From an uncultured Acidimicrobiia bacterium (GTDB taxonomy: Bacteria > Actinomycetota > Acidimicrobiia > Acidimicrobiales > AC-14), in contig CAWIIV010000024.1 in assembly GCA_963836205.1 (NCBI GenBank), positions 1 through 64,000 of the forward strand: a stretch of 64,000 bases of DNA, written 5' to 3'. Shown piece by piece: positions 1-12,559 of this stretch. Every line of letters starts with the position of its first letter. The first letter of the stretch is position 1. Under the pieces are notes generated by a model that did no database searches, was not told the DNA's origin, and worked only from the letters and a program-made list of their open reading frames with translations. Position numbers and translations under genes: made by a program.

Positions 1-3000
1 CAGGGGTGGCGGTGCAGGTGGCGTCGGACGGCGGGTACAGGTTGAAGGTGATTGTGCCCGCCGGGCTGATGCCGCCGGCCAGGGTGGCGGTGTCCGACAG
101 GTTGCCGCCCACCGCCACGGGACCCGAGGCCTGGGTCACGAGCGTCGGGCTGGCCTTGGCCACGTCGGTCGACTCATTCGCATCGCCGCAGGCTCCGGAC
201 TTGGCGTCGTTGTTGGCGTCCCCGGAGTAGGAGGCCACCCAGCGCCAGGTCCCGGGGGCGGTGGCATTGAAGGGGTCGGAGGAGTAGTCGGCGTTGCCGG
301 TGACCGGCTTGGTGGAGGCATAGGCAGGGGCGGCGGTGCAGGTGGCATCGGCGGGGCCGTAGAGGTCGAAGGTGATCGAGCCCGTCGGACTGGCTCCGCC
401 GGCCAGGGTGGCGGTATCGGACAGGTTCCCGCCCACGGCCACCGGGGCCGACGCCTGGGTGACGAGCGTCGGGCTGGCCTTGGCCACCTCGGTCGACTCG
501 TTGGCGTCGCCGCAGGCGCCCGACCTGGCGTCGTTGTTGGCGTCGCCCGAGTAGGACGCCACCCAACGCCAGGTCCCGGGGGCGGTGGCAGTGAAGGGGT
601 CGGAGGCGTAGTCGGCGTTGCCAGTCACGGGCTTGGTGGAGGTGAACGCGGGAGTTCCAGTGCAGGTGGCGTCGGATGGCGGGAAGAGGTTGAAGGTGAT
701 CGTGCCCGTCGGGCTGGCGCCGGCGGCCAGAGTGGCGGTGTCGGACAGGTTGCCGCCCACACTCACCGGGGCCGACGCCTGGGTGACGAGCGTCGGGCTG
801 GCCTTGGCCACCTCGGTCGACTCGTTGGCGTCGCCGCAGGAGCCGGTCCGAGGATCGTTGTTGGCGTCACCCGAGTAGGAGGCCACCCAACGCCAGGTCC
901 CGGGGGCGGTGGCGGTGAAGGGGTCGGAGGAGTAGTCGGCGTTGCCGGTGATCGGCTTGGTGGAGGTGAACGCGGGGCTGGCGCTGCACGTGGCGTCGGT
1001 CGGGCCATAGAGGTTGAAGGTGATCGTGCCCGTCGGGCTGGCGCCGCCGGCCAGGGTGGCGGTGTCTGACAGTGACCCACCCACCGGGACCGGGGCCGAC
1101 GCCTGGGTGGTCAGGGTGGGGCTGGCCTTGGCCACCTCGGTCGACTCGTTGGCGTCGCCGCAGGCGCCCGACCTGGCGTCGTTGTTGGCGTCGCCCGAGT
1201 AGGAGGCCACCCAGTGCCAGGTCCCGGGGGCGGTGGCGGTGAAGGGGTCGGAGGAGTAGTCGGCGTTGCCCGTGACCGGCTTGGTGGAGGTGAAGGCCGG
1301 AGTCGTGGTGCAGTCGGCGTCGGATGGCGGGAAGAGGTTGAAGGTGATGGTGCCCGTCGGGCTGGCGCCGGCGGCCAGAGTGGCGGTGTCGGACAGGTTG
1401 CCGCCCACACTCACCGGGGCCGACGCCTGGGTGGTCAGGTTGGGACTGGCCTTGGCCACCTCGGTCGACTCGTTGGCGTCGCCGCAGGCGCCCGACCTGG
1501 CGTCGTTGTTGGCGTCGCCCGAGTAGGACGCCACCCAACGCCAGGTCCCGGGGGCGGTGGCGGTGAAGGGGTCGGAGGTGAAATCGGCGTTGGCTGTGAC
1601 CGGCTTGGTGGAGGTGAAGGCGGGGGTGGCGCCGCAGGTGGCGTCGGCGGGACCGAAGAGGCTGAACGTGACCGTGCCCGTCGGGCTGACCCCGCCGGCG
1701 AGGGTGGCCGTATCGACCAGGTTGCCGCCCACGGCCACTGGGGCCGACGCCTGGGTGGTCAGGGTGGGGCTGGCCTTGGCCACGTCGGTCGACTCGTCGG
1801 TGTCGCCGCAGGCGCCTGTCCGGGGATCGTTGTTGGCGTCGCCCGAGTACGAGGCCACCCAGCGCCAGGTCCCGGGGGCGGTGGCGGTGAAGGGGTCGGA
1901 GGGGTAGTCGGCGGTGCCGGTGACCGGCTTGGTGGAGGTGAACGCGGGAGTTCCAGTGCAGGTGGCGTCGGACGGCGGGTAGAGGTTGAAGGTGATCGTG
2001 CCCGTCGGGCTGGCGCCGGCGGCCAGAGTGGCGGTGTCGGACAGGTTGCCGCCCACACTCACCGGGGCCGACGCCTGGGTGACGAGCGCCGGGCTGGCCT
2101 TGGCCACCTCGGTCGACTCGTTGGCGTCGCCGCAGGCGCCCGACCTGGCGTCGTTGTTGGCGTCGCCCGAGTAGGACGCGACCCAACGCCAGGTGCCGGG
2201 GGCGGTCGTGGTGAAGGGGTCGGAGGGGTAGTCGGCGGTGCCGGTTACTGGCTTGGTGGAGGTGAACGCGGGAGTTCCAGTGCAGGTGGCGTCGGACGGC
2301 GGGTAGAGGTCGAAGGTGATGGTGCCCGTCGGGCTGGCGCCGCCGGCCAGGGTGGCGGTGTCGGACAGGTTGCCACCCACCGGGACCGGGGCGGACGCCT
2401 GGGTGACGAGCGTCGGGCTGGCCTTGGCCACCTCGGTCGACTCGTCGGTGTCGCCGCAGGAGCCGGTCCGAGGATCGTTGTTGGCGTCACCCGAGTAGGA
2501 CGCCACCCAACGCCAGGTGCCGGGGGCGGTGGCGGTGAAGGGGTCGGAGGTGTAGTCGACGTTGCCCGTCACCGGCTTGGTGGAGGTGAAGGCCGGGGTT
2601 CCCGCACAGGTGGCGTCCGACGGCGCGTAGAGGTTGAAGGTGATCGTGCCGGTCGGGCCGACGCCGGCGGCCAGGGTGGCGGTGTCGGACAGGTTGCCGC
2701 CCACGGCCACCGGGGCCGACGCCTGGGTCACGAGCGTGGGGCTGGCCTTGGCCACCTCGGTCGACTCGTTGGCGTCGCCGCACGTCCCCGACGTGGCGCC
2801 GTTGCTGGCGTCGCCCGAGTAGGAGGCCACCCAACGCCAGGTCCCGGGGGCGGTGGCGGTGAAGGGGTCGGACGTGACGTCCCCGTTGCCGGTCACCGGC
2901 TTGGTGGAGGTGAACGCAGGGGTCCCCACGCAGGTGGCGTCGCCGGGACCGTAGAGGTTGAAGGTGATGGTGCCCGTCGGGCGAAGCCCCGCCGGCGAGG

Positions 3001-3060
3001 GTGGCGGTGTCCGACAGCGAGCCGCCCACGGTCACCGCCGCCGACGCCTGGGTGGTGAGC
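1..3060 (-). repeat. Intragenic tandem repeat, 324-bp (108-aa) unit, at least 9 copies, Ig-like domain with two Cys
   Basis: GCCTTGGCCAC..GGTCGACTC recurs at ~153, 477, 801, 1125, 1449, 1773, 2097, 2421 and 2745. Unit: VAKASPTLVTQASAPV.VGGNLSDTATLAGG..PTGTITFNLY...DATC...FTSTKPVTGN..Y.SDPFTATAPGTWRWVASYSGDANN....GACGDANESTE. Confidence 0.95.
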
Positions 3061-6000
3061 GTGGGTGTGGCCCCGCCCGCCACGATCACCGACTCACCAG
3101 GGTCGTTGCACGTGCCCGAGACGGCCTCGTGGTTGGCGTCACCCGAGTAGTCGGCCACGAACCGCCACGTGCCGGGCGGGGCCATCAGATCGCCCGAGGA
3201 GGACGCCCCGTTGGCGACCGACGCGGTGGTGGTGAACGCGGCCGGTCCGGCGCAGGTGGCGTCGTCGGGACCGTAGGCGCGGTAGGTGACGGTGCCTCCG
3301 GGCGAGAGGCCGCCGGTGAGGTACGCCCTGTCGGCGATCGCCCCCGCGGCGACAGGCGTCGGGGGTGTGCCGAGCAGGACCGAGACCGTCGACGACTCGA
3401 TGTTGGCCACGGCCAGATCCTGGAGATCGTCGCCGTTCAGGTCGGCCAGCACTGGCGAGACGGCGCGGGCCCCAGCCCGGTACTCGACGGACGCCCATCC
3501 CTCCGGCTCATGACGGACGAGCACAGAGATGCTCCCGGCGCCCCAGTTCGACGCGACCACCTCGGGGTGGCCGTCGCCGGTGAGATCGCCGATCGCCACG
3601 CCGTTCGGCCCGTCCCCAACGCCGACGTTCGACGCCGGGGCAAAGCCGCCGGCGCCGTCGCCCAGCAACAAGGAGACGTCGTCCGAGACGAAGTTGGCCA
3701 CGGCCAGGTCGACGTCGCCGTCGGCGTCGAGGTCGCCGGAGCCGACGGCGAACGGGGTGTTGCCGACAGGAAGGTCCACCGCCGTGCCGAAGCCGCCGGC
3801 CCCGTCCCCCATGAGGACGGAGACGGTGCCCGACGAGGAGTTGGCCACGGCCAGGTCGGCCTTGCCGTCGCCGTCGAAGTCGTTGACCGTCATCGAAAGG
3901 GGCTCCGTCCCGACCTCGTAGGCACCCGCGCCCGCGAAACCGCCGGCCCCGTCGCCGAGGAGGATGGAAATACGGTTGGCCGTCGGGTTGGCCACGACCA
4001 GGTCGGAATTGCCATCGCCGTTGAGGTCGCCCACGGTCACCGACCCGGGCTCGTCGCCGACCACGACGGCGGCCGCAAAACCGCCGACACCGTCGCCGAG
4101 CAGCACCGAGACGCTGGCCGGGTCGTTGCTCGCGGTCGCCAGGTCGGCCTTGCCGTCACCGTCGAAGTCGCCGACGGCGACCGAGCTCGGAGAGGGTGCG
4201 GGGTAGTCGACGGCGGGCGAGAAGCCCCCCGCGCCGTTGCCGAGGAGGACCGACACGCTGGAGGAGTCAAGGTTGGCTACCGCCAGGTCCTGGTTGCCGT
4301 CGTCGTCGAAGTCGGCCGACGCCGCGGAGATCGGACGCGAGCCCACGACGAACGTCTCGGGCGACCCGAAACCGGGGACAGCCGAGCCGGGGCCCAACGC
4401 CACGGTGGTCAGCCGCGGCCGCGCCTTGGCGACGGTGACCGACTCGTCGGGGTCGTTGCACGCGCCCGCCACCGGGGCGTTGACTGCGTCCCCCGAGTAG
4501 CTGGCGACGAACTGGTAGGTGCCGACCACCGAAGGGAAGAAGAAGTCCGACTGGTAGCCCCCATTGCCTGTCACCGCCTTGGTCGACGTGAAGACGGGGG
4601 CCGCGGTGCAGGCGGGGTCGGCCGGGCCGTACAGGTTGAAGGTGATGGTGCCAGACGGGTTCAGGCCACCGGTGAGGGTGGCGACGTCGGTGACGCCATC
4701 CACCGAGCCCAAAGCCTGGGTGGTCAGCGTGGGACTGGCCTTGGCCACGTCGGTCGACTCGTTGGCGTCGCCGCACGCTCCGGTAAGGGAATCGTTGTTG
4801 GCGTCACCCGAATACGCGGCCACCCAGCGCCAGGTCCCGGGGGCATTGGCGGTGAAGGGATCCGAGGCGTAGTCGGCGTTGCCGGTCACCGACTTGGTGG
4901 AGGTGAAGGCCGGGGTCCCCGCGCAGATGGCGTCGTCAGGACCGTGGAGGTTGAAGGTGATGGTGCCCGTCGGCGAAGCCCCGTCGGAGAGGGTGGCGGT
5001 GTCCGACAATGAGCCGCCCACGGTCACCGCTGCCGACGCCTGGGTGGTGAGCGTGGGCGGGCCCCCGCCCGCCACCGTCACCGACTCACCCGGATCGTTG
5101 CACGCGCCGGAGACGGCCTCGTGGTTGGCGTCGCCGGGGTAGTCGGCCACGAACCGCCACGTGCCGGGCGGAACCGGCAGGTCGCCCGTGGCGGCCGCGC
5201 TGTCGGCGACCGACACGGGGATGGTGAACGCGGCCGGTCCGGCGCAGGTGGCGTCGTCGGGACCGTAGGCGCGGAAGGTGATGGTGCCTCCGGGCGAGGC
5301 GCCGCCGGAGAGGTACGCCCGGTCGGCGATCGCCCCCGCGGCGACCGGCGTCGACGGGGTGCCGAGCAGCACCGAGACCACCGACGACTCGAGGTTGGCC
5401 ACGATCAGGTCCTGGCGACCATCGCCGTTCAGGTCGGTCAGCGCGGGCGAGATCGGGAAGGCCCCAGCCGGGTACTCGATGGACAAGAAGCCCTCTTCCT
5501 CATGGCGGACGAGGACCGAGATGCTCCCGGCTTCGTAGCTCGAGACGACCACCTCGGCGTGACCATCCCCGGTGAGGTCACCGATGGATACGCCGCTCGG
5601 ACTGGCCCCAACGTCGACGTTCAGCGCCGGGGCAAAGCCCCCGCCACCGTCGCCCAGCAACACCGAGACATTGCTCGACTCGAGATTGGCCACGGCCAGG
5701 TCGCCGTCGCCGTCGCCGTCGAGGTCGCCGGAGCGGACGGAGAACGGGGCGGTGCCGACGGGAAGGTCCATCGCCGCGGCGAAGCCGCCGGCACCATCGC
5801 CCAGGAGCACGGAAACGCTGTCCGACGAGGAGTTGGCCACGGCCAGGTCGGCATTGCCGTCGCCATCGAAGTCGTCGATGGTCACCGAACTGGGATCGCT
5901 CCCGACCGCGAAGTCGACTGGGGCGGCGAACCCGCCCATTCCGTCCCCGAGCAACACCAACACGCTCGGCGAGTCGGTGGCGGTCACCACGTCGTCCTTC

Positions 6001-9000
6001 CCGTCGCCGTCGAGATCGCCGACCGCCACCGACAACTGCCCGACGCCGAGCGGGATGTCCACCGCCACGTCGAAGGCGCCGGCGCCCGACCCGAGAAGGA
6101 GCGACAGGTGCTCGACATTCCTAGCTGGCGGTGATCAGGTCGGGTATGCCGTCGGCGTCGAAGTCGCCGACGGCGACCGAAATCGGAGATGGTGCCGGGT
6201 AGTCGACGGTCGGCGAGAAGCCCCCCGCGCCGTTCCCGAGGAGGATCGACACGCTGGAGGACTCAAAGTTGGCCGCCGCCAGGTCCTGGTTGCCATCGCC
6301 GTCGAAGTCGGCCGACTCTAGCGGAGAACGGACGTCGAGCCCACGCCGAAGGTCTGGCGCGATCCGAAGGCGGGGACAGCCGAGCCGGGGCCCAACGCCA
6401 AGGTGGTCAGCCGCGGAAGCGCTTTGACGACGGTTACCGACTGGTCGGGGTCGTTGCACGCGCCCGCAACCGGGGCGTTGAGTGCGTCACCCGAGTAGCT
6501 GGCGACGAATCGGTAGGTGCCGATCACCGGCGCGATGTAGGGGTCAGACGGGTAGCCGAAATTGCCCGTCACCGCCTGGGTCGACGTGAAGACAGGAGCG
6601 GCGGTACAGGTGGGGTCGGCGGGGCCGTACAGGTTGAAGGTGATGGTGCCGGTCGGGCTCAGGCCACCGCTGAGGTTGGCGCTGTCGGTGACAATGCCTC
6701 CGACCGCCACCGAGTCCGAGGCCTGCGTGCTCAGCGTGGGCTGTGTCCTGACGACGACGACGGACTCGTTGGTGTCGTTGCAGGCGCCCGCCACCGGGGC
6801 GTTGGCGCCGTCGCCCGAGTAGCTGGCAACCCAACGGTAGGTGCCCTCTCCCGGCGTGAAGGACGCCGACTGGTACCGGCCGTTGCCCGTGACCGCCTGG
6901 CTGTCGGTGAAGACAGGGCTGCCGGAACAGGTGGCGTCGTCAGGGCCGAAGGCCTGGAAGTCGATGGTCCCCGTGGGCGCCGATCCGCCGGCGAGGAGGG
7001 CCGCGTCCGAGATGGCGGTCCCCACAAGAACCGTCACCGGCGAACGGGCCAGGAGGACCGCGCGTTCGGTGGCCAGATCGGATCTGCCGTCGCCGTCGAA
7101 GTCGCCGACCGCGAGCCCGCCCGACCCTGTCGCCCCCGGGTGACCCACCCGGGGCGCCAAGCCCCCCTGACCGTCACCCAGAAAGACCAGGATGTCGGTG
7201 GCGAACGAGGAGTCCGGCCGCAAAAAGCCGTTCAGGGCGACGTCGGCCAGGCCGTCGTCGTTGAAGTCGCCGATCGCCATGGCCCTCCCGAGATCGGAAG
7301 TGACGCTGCCCGCCGCCATGAAGCCCCCGGCGCCATCACCCAGGAGCACGATGAGGTTGCCGCCTACAAACACCACCAGGTCGGCGTTGGCGTCGCCGTT
7401 CAGGTCCCCGGCGACGATCGACTGCGCGGACCCGCCGGGGTAGACAATGGGCCCCGGGTCGAAGTCCCCGGTGTCGTTGGCGAGGTACACCCGGACGCTG
7501 TCGGTGGCGAAGTCGGACCGGCCGTCTCCGTTGAAGTCGGCCACCGTGGTGACCTTGCGGTTTTGGTCGGCGAGGATGAGGGTGGTCGACGTGAAGGCTC
7601 CCGTGCCGTCGCCCGACAGGATCGTCACGGTGTTCGAGTTGTACGGGTTCACCAACAGATCGGGTTTGGCGTCACCGTCGAAGTCGCCCACGGAGAGGAA
7701 GGAGGGCCACGCCGTACCGGCAGCTGTGTCGATCGGCGGCCCGAATCCGCCGGTGCCGTTGCCGAGGAGCACGGAGACGGTGTCGGAGCCCGTGTTGGCG
7801 ACGGCCAGGTCGGCATGGCCGTCGACGTCGAAGTCGGCCACCGCCACCGAGTCGGGATTGGCACCGACGGCGTATTCACCGCCTTGGGTGAAGCCTCCGG
7901 CCCCGTCGCCCACTTTGATCGACACCGTGTTCGCCCCGTCGTTGGCGACGACCAGGTCGGCCTGGCCGTCCTCGTCGAAATCGCCGACCGCGACGTTCAC
8001 CGGCCCTGTCCCGGGCGGCAGCGCGGCCGCGGCCGCCATCAACGGGCCCGACGACTGGGTGACCAGCGTCGGGATCGTCGCCGGCGCCACCGACACCGAC
8101 TCGTTGAAGTCGCCACACGCCCCGCTGACGGCCTCGTTGTTGGCGTCGCCGCTGTAGGAGGCGATCCAGTGGTGGGTGCCCGCCGAGGACGTGGTGAAGG
8201 ACGCCGACGGGTAGGCGCCGTTGCCGCTGACGGTGGCCATCGAGGTGGCGGCGGGCGTGCCGGCGCACGTGGGGTCGCCCGGCTCGAAGACGCGGAACAC
8301 GAGCGTGCCCGTCGCGTTGTAGGCGTCGGCGACGGTGGCGATGTCACTGATCGGCTCGCCCATCCGGACCTCAGGCGAAGGCGGGGCCGTGACGGTCTGG
8401 TTCAAGAGGAGGGAGACGCTGGCGGACTCGGCGGAGGTCATCGTCACGTCCGCCTTGCCGTCAGCGTTGAAGTCTCCGGTCCCCAACCAGGTGGGCTGCG
8501 TGCCGGCGGCAATCGTCACCGGCGGGCCGAAGGCGCCGGTGCCGTCGCCCACCCGGGCCAGGACGCTGCGGGCGACAAAGTCGGCGGACACCAAGTCGGG
8601 CTTGGCGTCTCCGTTGAGGTCGGTCGCGAGGATAGGGCCAACCCTGCCCGCATCGACGGTACGGGGGGCCTCGAAGCCCCCGCCATTGCCGGCCAGCACC
8701 GTGACTCCGCCGGTCGCGCCGATATTTGCAACCGCCAGGTCGTCGATTCCGTCGCCGTCGAAGTCGGCCAGGGCGACGAAGGCCGGGCTCGGGCCGGCGG
8801 GGAAGTTCGCCGCCGGCTCGAACCCGCCGGCGCCGTCCCCCAGCAGCACCGATACGTCGTCGGCCCCGTAGTTCGCGACCACCAGGTCCGAGTCGCTGTC
8901 GTCGTCGAGATCAGCCGTGACCATCCCGTACGGGAGCGTCCCCGCGGTGAACGACACCGCCGCCGCGAAACCGCCCGACCCATCCCCCAAGAGCACCGAC

Positions 9001-11501
9001 ACGTTGTTGGACACCGGGACGGTGACAGCCAGGTCGGGACGGGCGTCCCCGTTGAAGTCAGCCACGACGACGGCGCCCGATAGGCCTCCGACCGGGTAGT
9101 TGACGGCCGAGCCGAACCCGCCGGCGCCGTTGCCGAGCAGAACCGAGACGTCGGTGCTACTGCTACCACCGCTCGTCACGGCCAGGTCGAGTATGCCGTC
9201 GCCGCTGAGATCGTGTGCCGCCAGCAGCAACGGGTTGTCTCCCGTGGCGAAGGTGGCCGGCGGGCCCAGGCCGCCCGCGCCGTCCCCCAGCAGCACCGAC
9301 ACGTGGCCGGAAAGCTCGGCGACCGCCAGGTCGGCCCTGCCGTCGCCGTTGAAATCACCGACGACACTGCCCTGAGGGTCTGACCCGACGGCAAAGTCGG
9401 CGGCGGGCGCGAACGACGGTGCGGCGATCGGGCCGGCCGCCTGCGTCGAGAGCACGGGCACCGCCTTGGCGACGGCCACCGTCTCGAACGGGTCACCGCA
9501 GGCGGAGGCCACCGCCGGGTTGTTGGCATCCCCGCCGTAGGTCGCGATGAAACGGTACGTGCCGGGGTCGGTGGTCGGGAAGGGAGGAGACCGATAGGAG
9601 CCGTTGCCATCGACGGCGGCAGTGGCGGTGAAAACCGGGGGGCCGGCGCACCCGGAGTCGCCGGGGCCGTAGCCGTTGAAGCTCAGCGTGCCGGTGGGTG
9701 AGACCGCCCCGGTGAGGGTGACGGTGTCCGAGAGGGCGTCGCCGACCGTGGGCGAGATCGAGGGGGGCACCGCCAACTGGATCGCGACGCCGGACGTGAG
9801 CGAGGCGACGTCGGTGCGTCCGTCATGGTTGAAGTCGGCCGCGACGACGCCCGGATCTATGCTGGGCACGCCACCGGTCGGGAAATCGAAGCCCGCGCCG
9901 AAGCTGCCACTGCCGTCGCCCAACAGCACAGAGACGTAGGCATGCCCCGAGGCCGTCGCCAGGTCCATGGCGCCGTCCCCATTGAGGTCGGCGATGGCCA
10001 CCGAGTTGGGAGCCCGCGTCAGCGGGATGCTCACGGCCGGGGAGAAGCTTCCCGCGCCGTCGCCCAGCAGCATCGAGGCGCGGTTGGGCGAGCCACCGTT
10101 GGCCACCGCCAGGTCGGCCTTGCCGTCGCCGTTGAGATCCCCGACTGCGACCTCCAACGGAAAGGAGCCCGCGGGAAAGCTCACATACGGTTCGAAGCCC
10201 CCCGATCCGTTGCCCAGCAGCACCGAGACGTCGTCGCCAGACAACCCGCCGCTCTGAATCGTGTTGGCCACCACGAGGTCGGTCCTGCCGTCGGCGTTGA
10301 AGTCGCCGATGTCGATGTCGAAGGGGTCGCCGCCCGGCTCCAGGGGGAAGGTCGAAGGGCTCGAGAAGCCCGCGTTGCCGTCGCCGGCCAACACCGAGAT
10401 CAGCGTGGCAGTGCCGTCAGCCAGGACTACCGCCAGGTCGGCGTTTCCGTCGCCGTTGAAATCGGCCACCACCACGTCCCTCGAGGACCCTCCCGCCGGA
10501 AAGTCGACCCTCGGGCCGAAGCCGCCACTGCCGTCGTTCAGCCAGACGGCGAGCTTCCCGAGGAGGGCGCTGCTCACCGAGACCCCGACCACGTCGGAGT
10601 AGCCGTCGCTGTTGAAATCGCCGACCGCGACCCCCCACGGGAGCGAGATGGGAAGGGATGTCGGCGGGCCGAACCCGCCTGCGCCGTCGCTGAGCGCGAC
10701 CGACACGGCGCCGGCGATGACAACCACCAAGTCGAGGCTGTTGTCGTTGTTGAGGTCACCGGTGATCCACTTGAACGGCTCCGACCCGACGTCGGCGTCG
10801 ACAGGGGGGGCGAACGCGGGTGGGGCCGGGTCGGGGCCGGACACCTGGCTGAGGAGGATGGGCCCCACGTTGGAGCGGACGTCGTTGCTCACCGCGGAGG
10901 GTCCACCGGCCTGGTAGGCGCCTGTGGCGCTGACGACGACGTGGCTTCCGCTGCTGCCCGGATTCACCGTCGCCTGGAAGGAAACCACGTGGCTCGCGCC
11001 CGGGCCCGGGGCGGCGGCATGGGTCGTGAAGTCGTCCATCCCGATCTCGTCGGTGCCGTTGGAGAACCCCCCGTCGGCGTCGGCGGCATCGGTACGGGGA
11101 ACGCCGTCGATCACGACGCTCTCCGGGACATAGGTGACCGGTTGGCCGACGATGCTCGCCCTCACGTTGGTGCCGACCGACGTGCCGCCGACGTTCCTCG
11201 AGGTGAAGGTGTAGGTGAGGGTGGTGCCCGGGCCGACGACCGGCCCGCCGGTGACCGACCCGTTGACGTTGACGCAGCCCGTCGGGGACGCGGGCGGGCA
11301 CGTCGTCTGCGTCGAGGCCGCCGGCCGGACGCCTGCCATCATCGCCGCCAGCCCGGCGGCCACGAACAGGACGGCGACGACCGCCGGCCTCGGCCGGGGT
11401 CGCCGCAAGGATGGTGCATCGCCCGTCGAGCGGGTGAGGGCGTGGGCTACCTCGCCCGCCGCCCTTATCCGCTGCCCCAGCAAACGGCGTGCTCCCTTCA
11501 T
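1..11501 (-). CDS. Giant secreted adhesin-like protein: signal/TM segment, DUF11-like domain, five FG-GAP/VCBS beta-propeller blocks separated by Ig-like domains, then a stalk of tandem 108-aa Ig-like repeats; C-terminus beyond the window edge
   Basis: Joins ORFs 6318..11591, 6121..6459, 2487..6068 and an open frame from ~2980 to base 1. Repeated GDFNGDGxxDLAVAN motifs; N-terminal hydrophobic stretch AVVAVLFVAAGLAAMMAG. Three +1 insertions near 6335, 6320 and 6122 restore the frame, and there is one extra G near 2981, judged against the paralogous copies. Start uncertain. Confidence 0.85.
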
Positions 11502-11878
11502 GCGACGGCCGGATGCTTGGCCGTTCCCGCCCCGACGCGAGAGGAAATGGTAGCCCCGCGGACCTCGTACGACTGGGCGAGACGGCGCCACGTGGAGGCT
11601 GGGACGGAGCCGACGACTGTCCGTCGGGATGATCCGGTCCGGGCTACCGCGGCGGGGCCAAAGCCACTCCGCCCGTGTCAGGCGGCACGGGGGCGGGACT
11701 CACCCCGCCGGAACGAGCGCTGGAACCCCCGCGCCGTCCTCGGCGACGTGTCGAATCCCGTGCCCGCCAGTCGACGCGCCATCGTGGGTGACCACGAAGT
11801 GAGCAGGCGGACACTGATCCAACATCTCGTCGGCGGCGTAGATGGGGTGACATCTCCCCCGAAAGAGAGACCCAACTC

Positions 11879-12349
11879 ATGTCACTGATCAAGCTTCTTC
11901 CCGCCTGGCTGCACGCGATTGCCGATTACGCGGTGGGTGCATTGCTCATTGCCGTCGCCCTCACGGTCGACATGTCGACCGAGGCCACCGTCGCAGGGGT
12001 CGTCGTCGGCGCGACGGTGCTGGCTGTCAGCATGCTGACGAGGTACCCCCTCGGCATCGTCAAGGTGCTCCCCTTCCGGATCCACTCCATCGGCGACTAC
12101 GCAGCGGTCATCCTGCTGTTCGTGGCTCCTTTCGCGCTCGGGTTCAACCAGACCGACTCGGGTGTGACCGCCTTCTACGTCGCCGCCGGCATCGCCGTCC
12201 TCGCCGTGAGCCTGATCACCAACTACCAGTACGGCCCCAAGGCCATCGCGACCACGGACTGGTCCGGGCCGGTAGGCCGGACCGCTGCTGCACCCGCAGC
12301 CGCCTACAGCTCGTGGAGCCCGCAGGTGGCCCGCCAGCAGGGTCGGTAG
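11879..12349 (+). CDS. SPW-repeat-like small membrane protein (4 TM)
   Basis: Duplicated LHAIADY / IHSIGDY helices followed by hydrophobic segments; high-GC3 codon usage. Confidence 0.7.
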   Translation: MSLIKLLPAWLHAIADYAVGALLIAVALTVDMSTEATVAGVVVGATVLAVSMLTRYPLGIVKVLPFRIHSIGDYAAVILLFVAPFALGFNQTDSGVTAFYVAAGIAVLAVSLITNYQYGPKAIATTDWSGPVGRTAAAPAAAYSSWSPQVARQQGR

Positions 12350-12383
12350 CCCCCGCCCGGCGAGCGCACTCGCACCGCAGGTC

Positions 12384-12419
12384 GATACGGACCGCAACCT
12401 CCCGGTTGCGGTCCGTATC
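12384..12419. terminator. Perfect 16-bp stem hairpin (terminator or REP-like element)
   Basis: GATACGGACCGCAACC-TCCC-GGTTGCGGTCCGTATC, 35 bp after the SPW gene stop; no U tract. Confidence 0.55.
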
Positions 12420-12559
12420 CGCGTGTGTGGTTCCTGATCTTCGCCACCTCAAGGGATATGCGCCTCGACGGATTTGAGACGCCGCTGACGAGTCATCCGT
12501 TCCGACTGCCAGATCCGTAGACCGATCAACGCCAGAGAGAGAGAAGAGAACCCGTGCGA

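Noticed and set aside
11600-11870. Riboswitch or ncRNA in the adhesin leader
   Set aside because: GC-rich hairpins are possible, but I could not match a conserved motif.
1214-11888. Long plus-strand ORFs (614, 684, 964, 687 aa) opposite the adhesin
   Set aside because: Antisense shadow frames of high-GC3 coding DNA, with no motifs. The same applies to 22264..26058, 37012..40197 (except its last 140 aa), 42136..45621 and 54228..56744.
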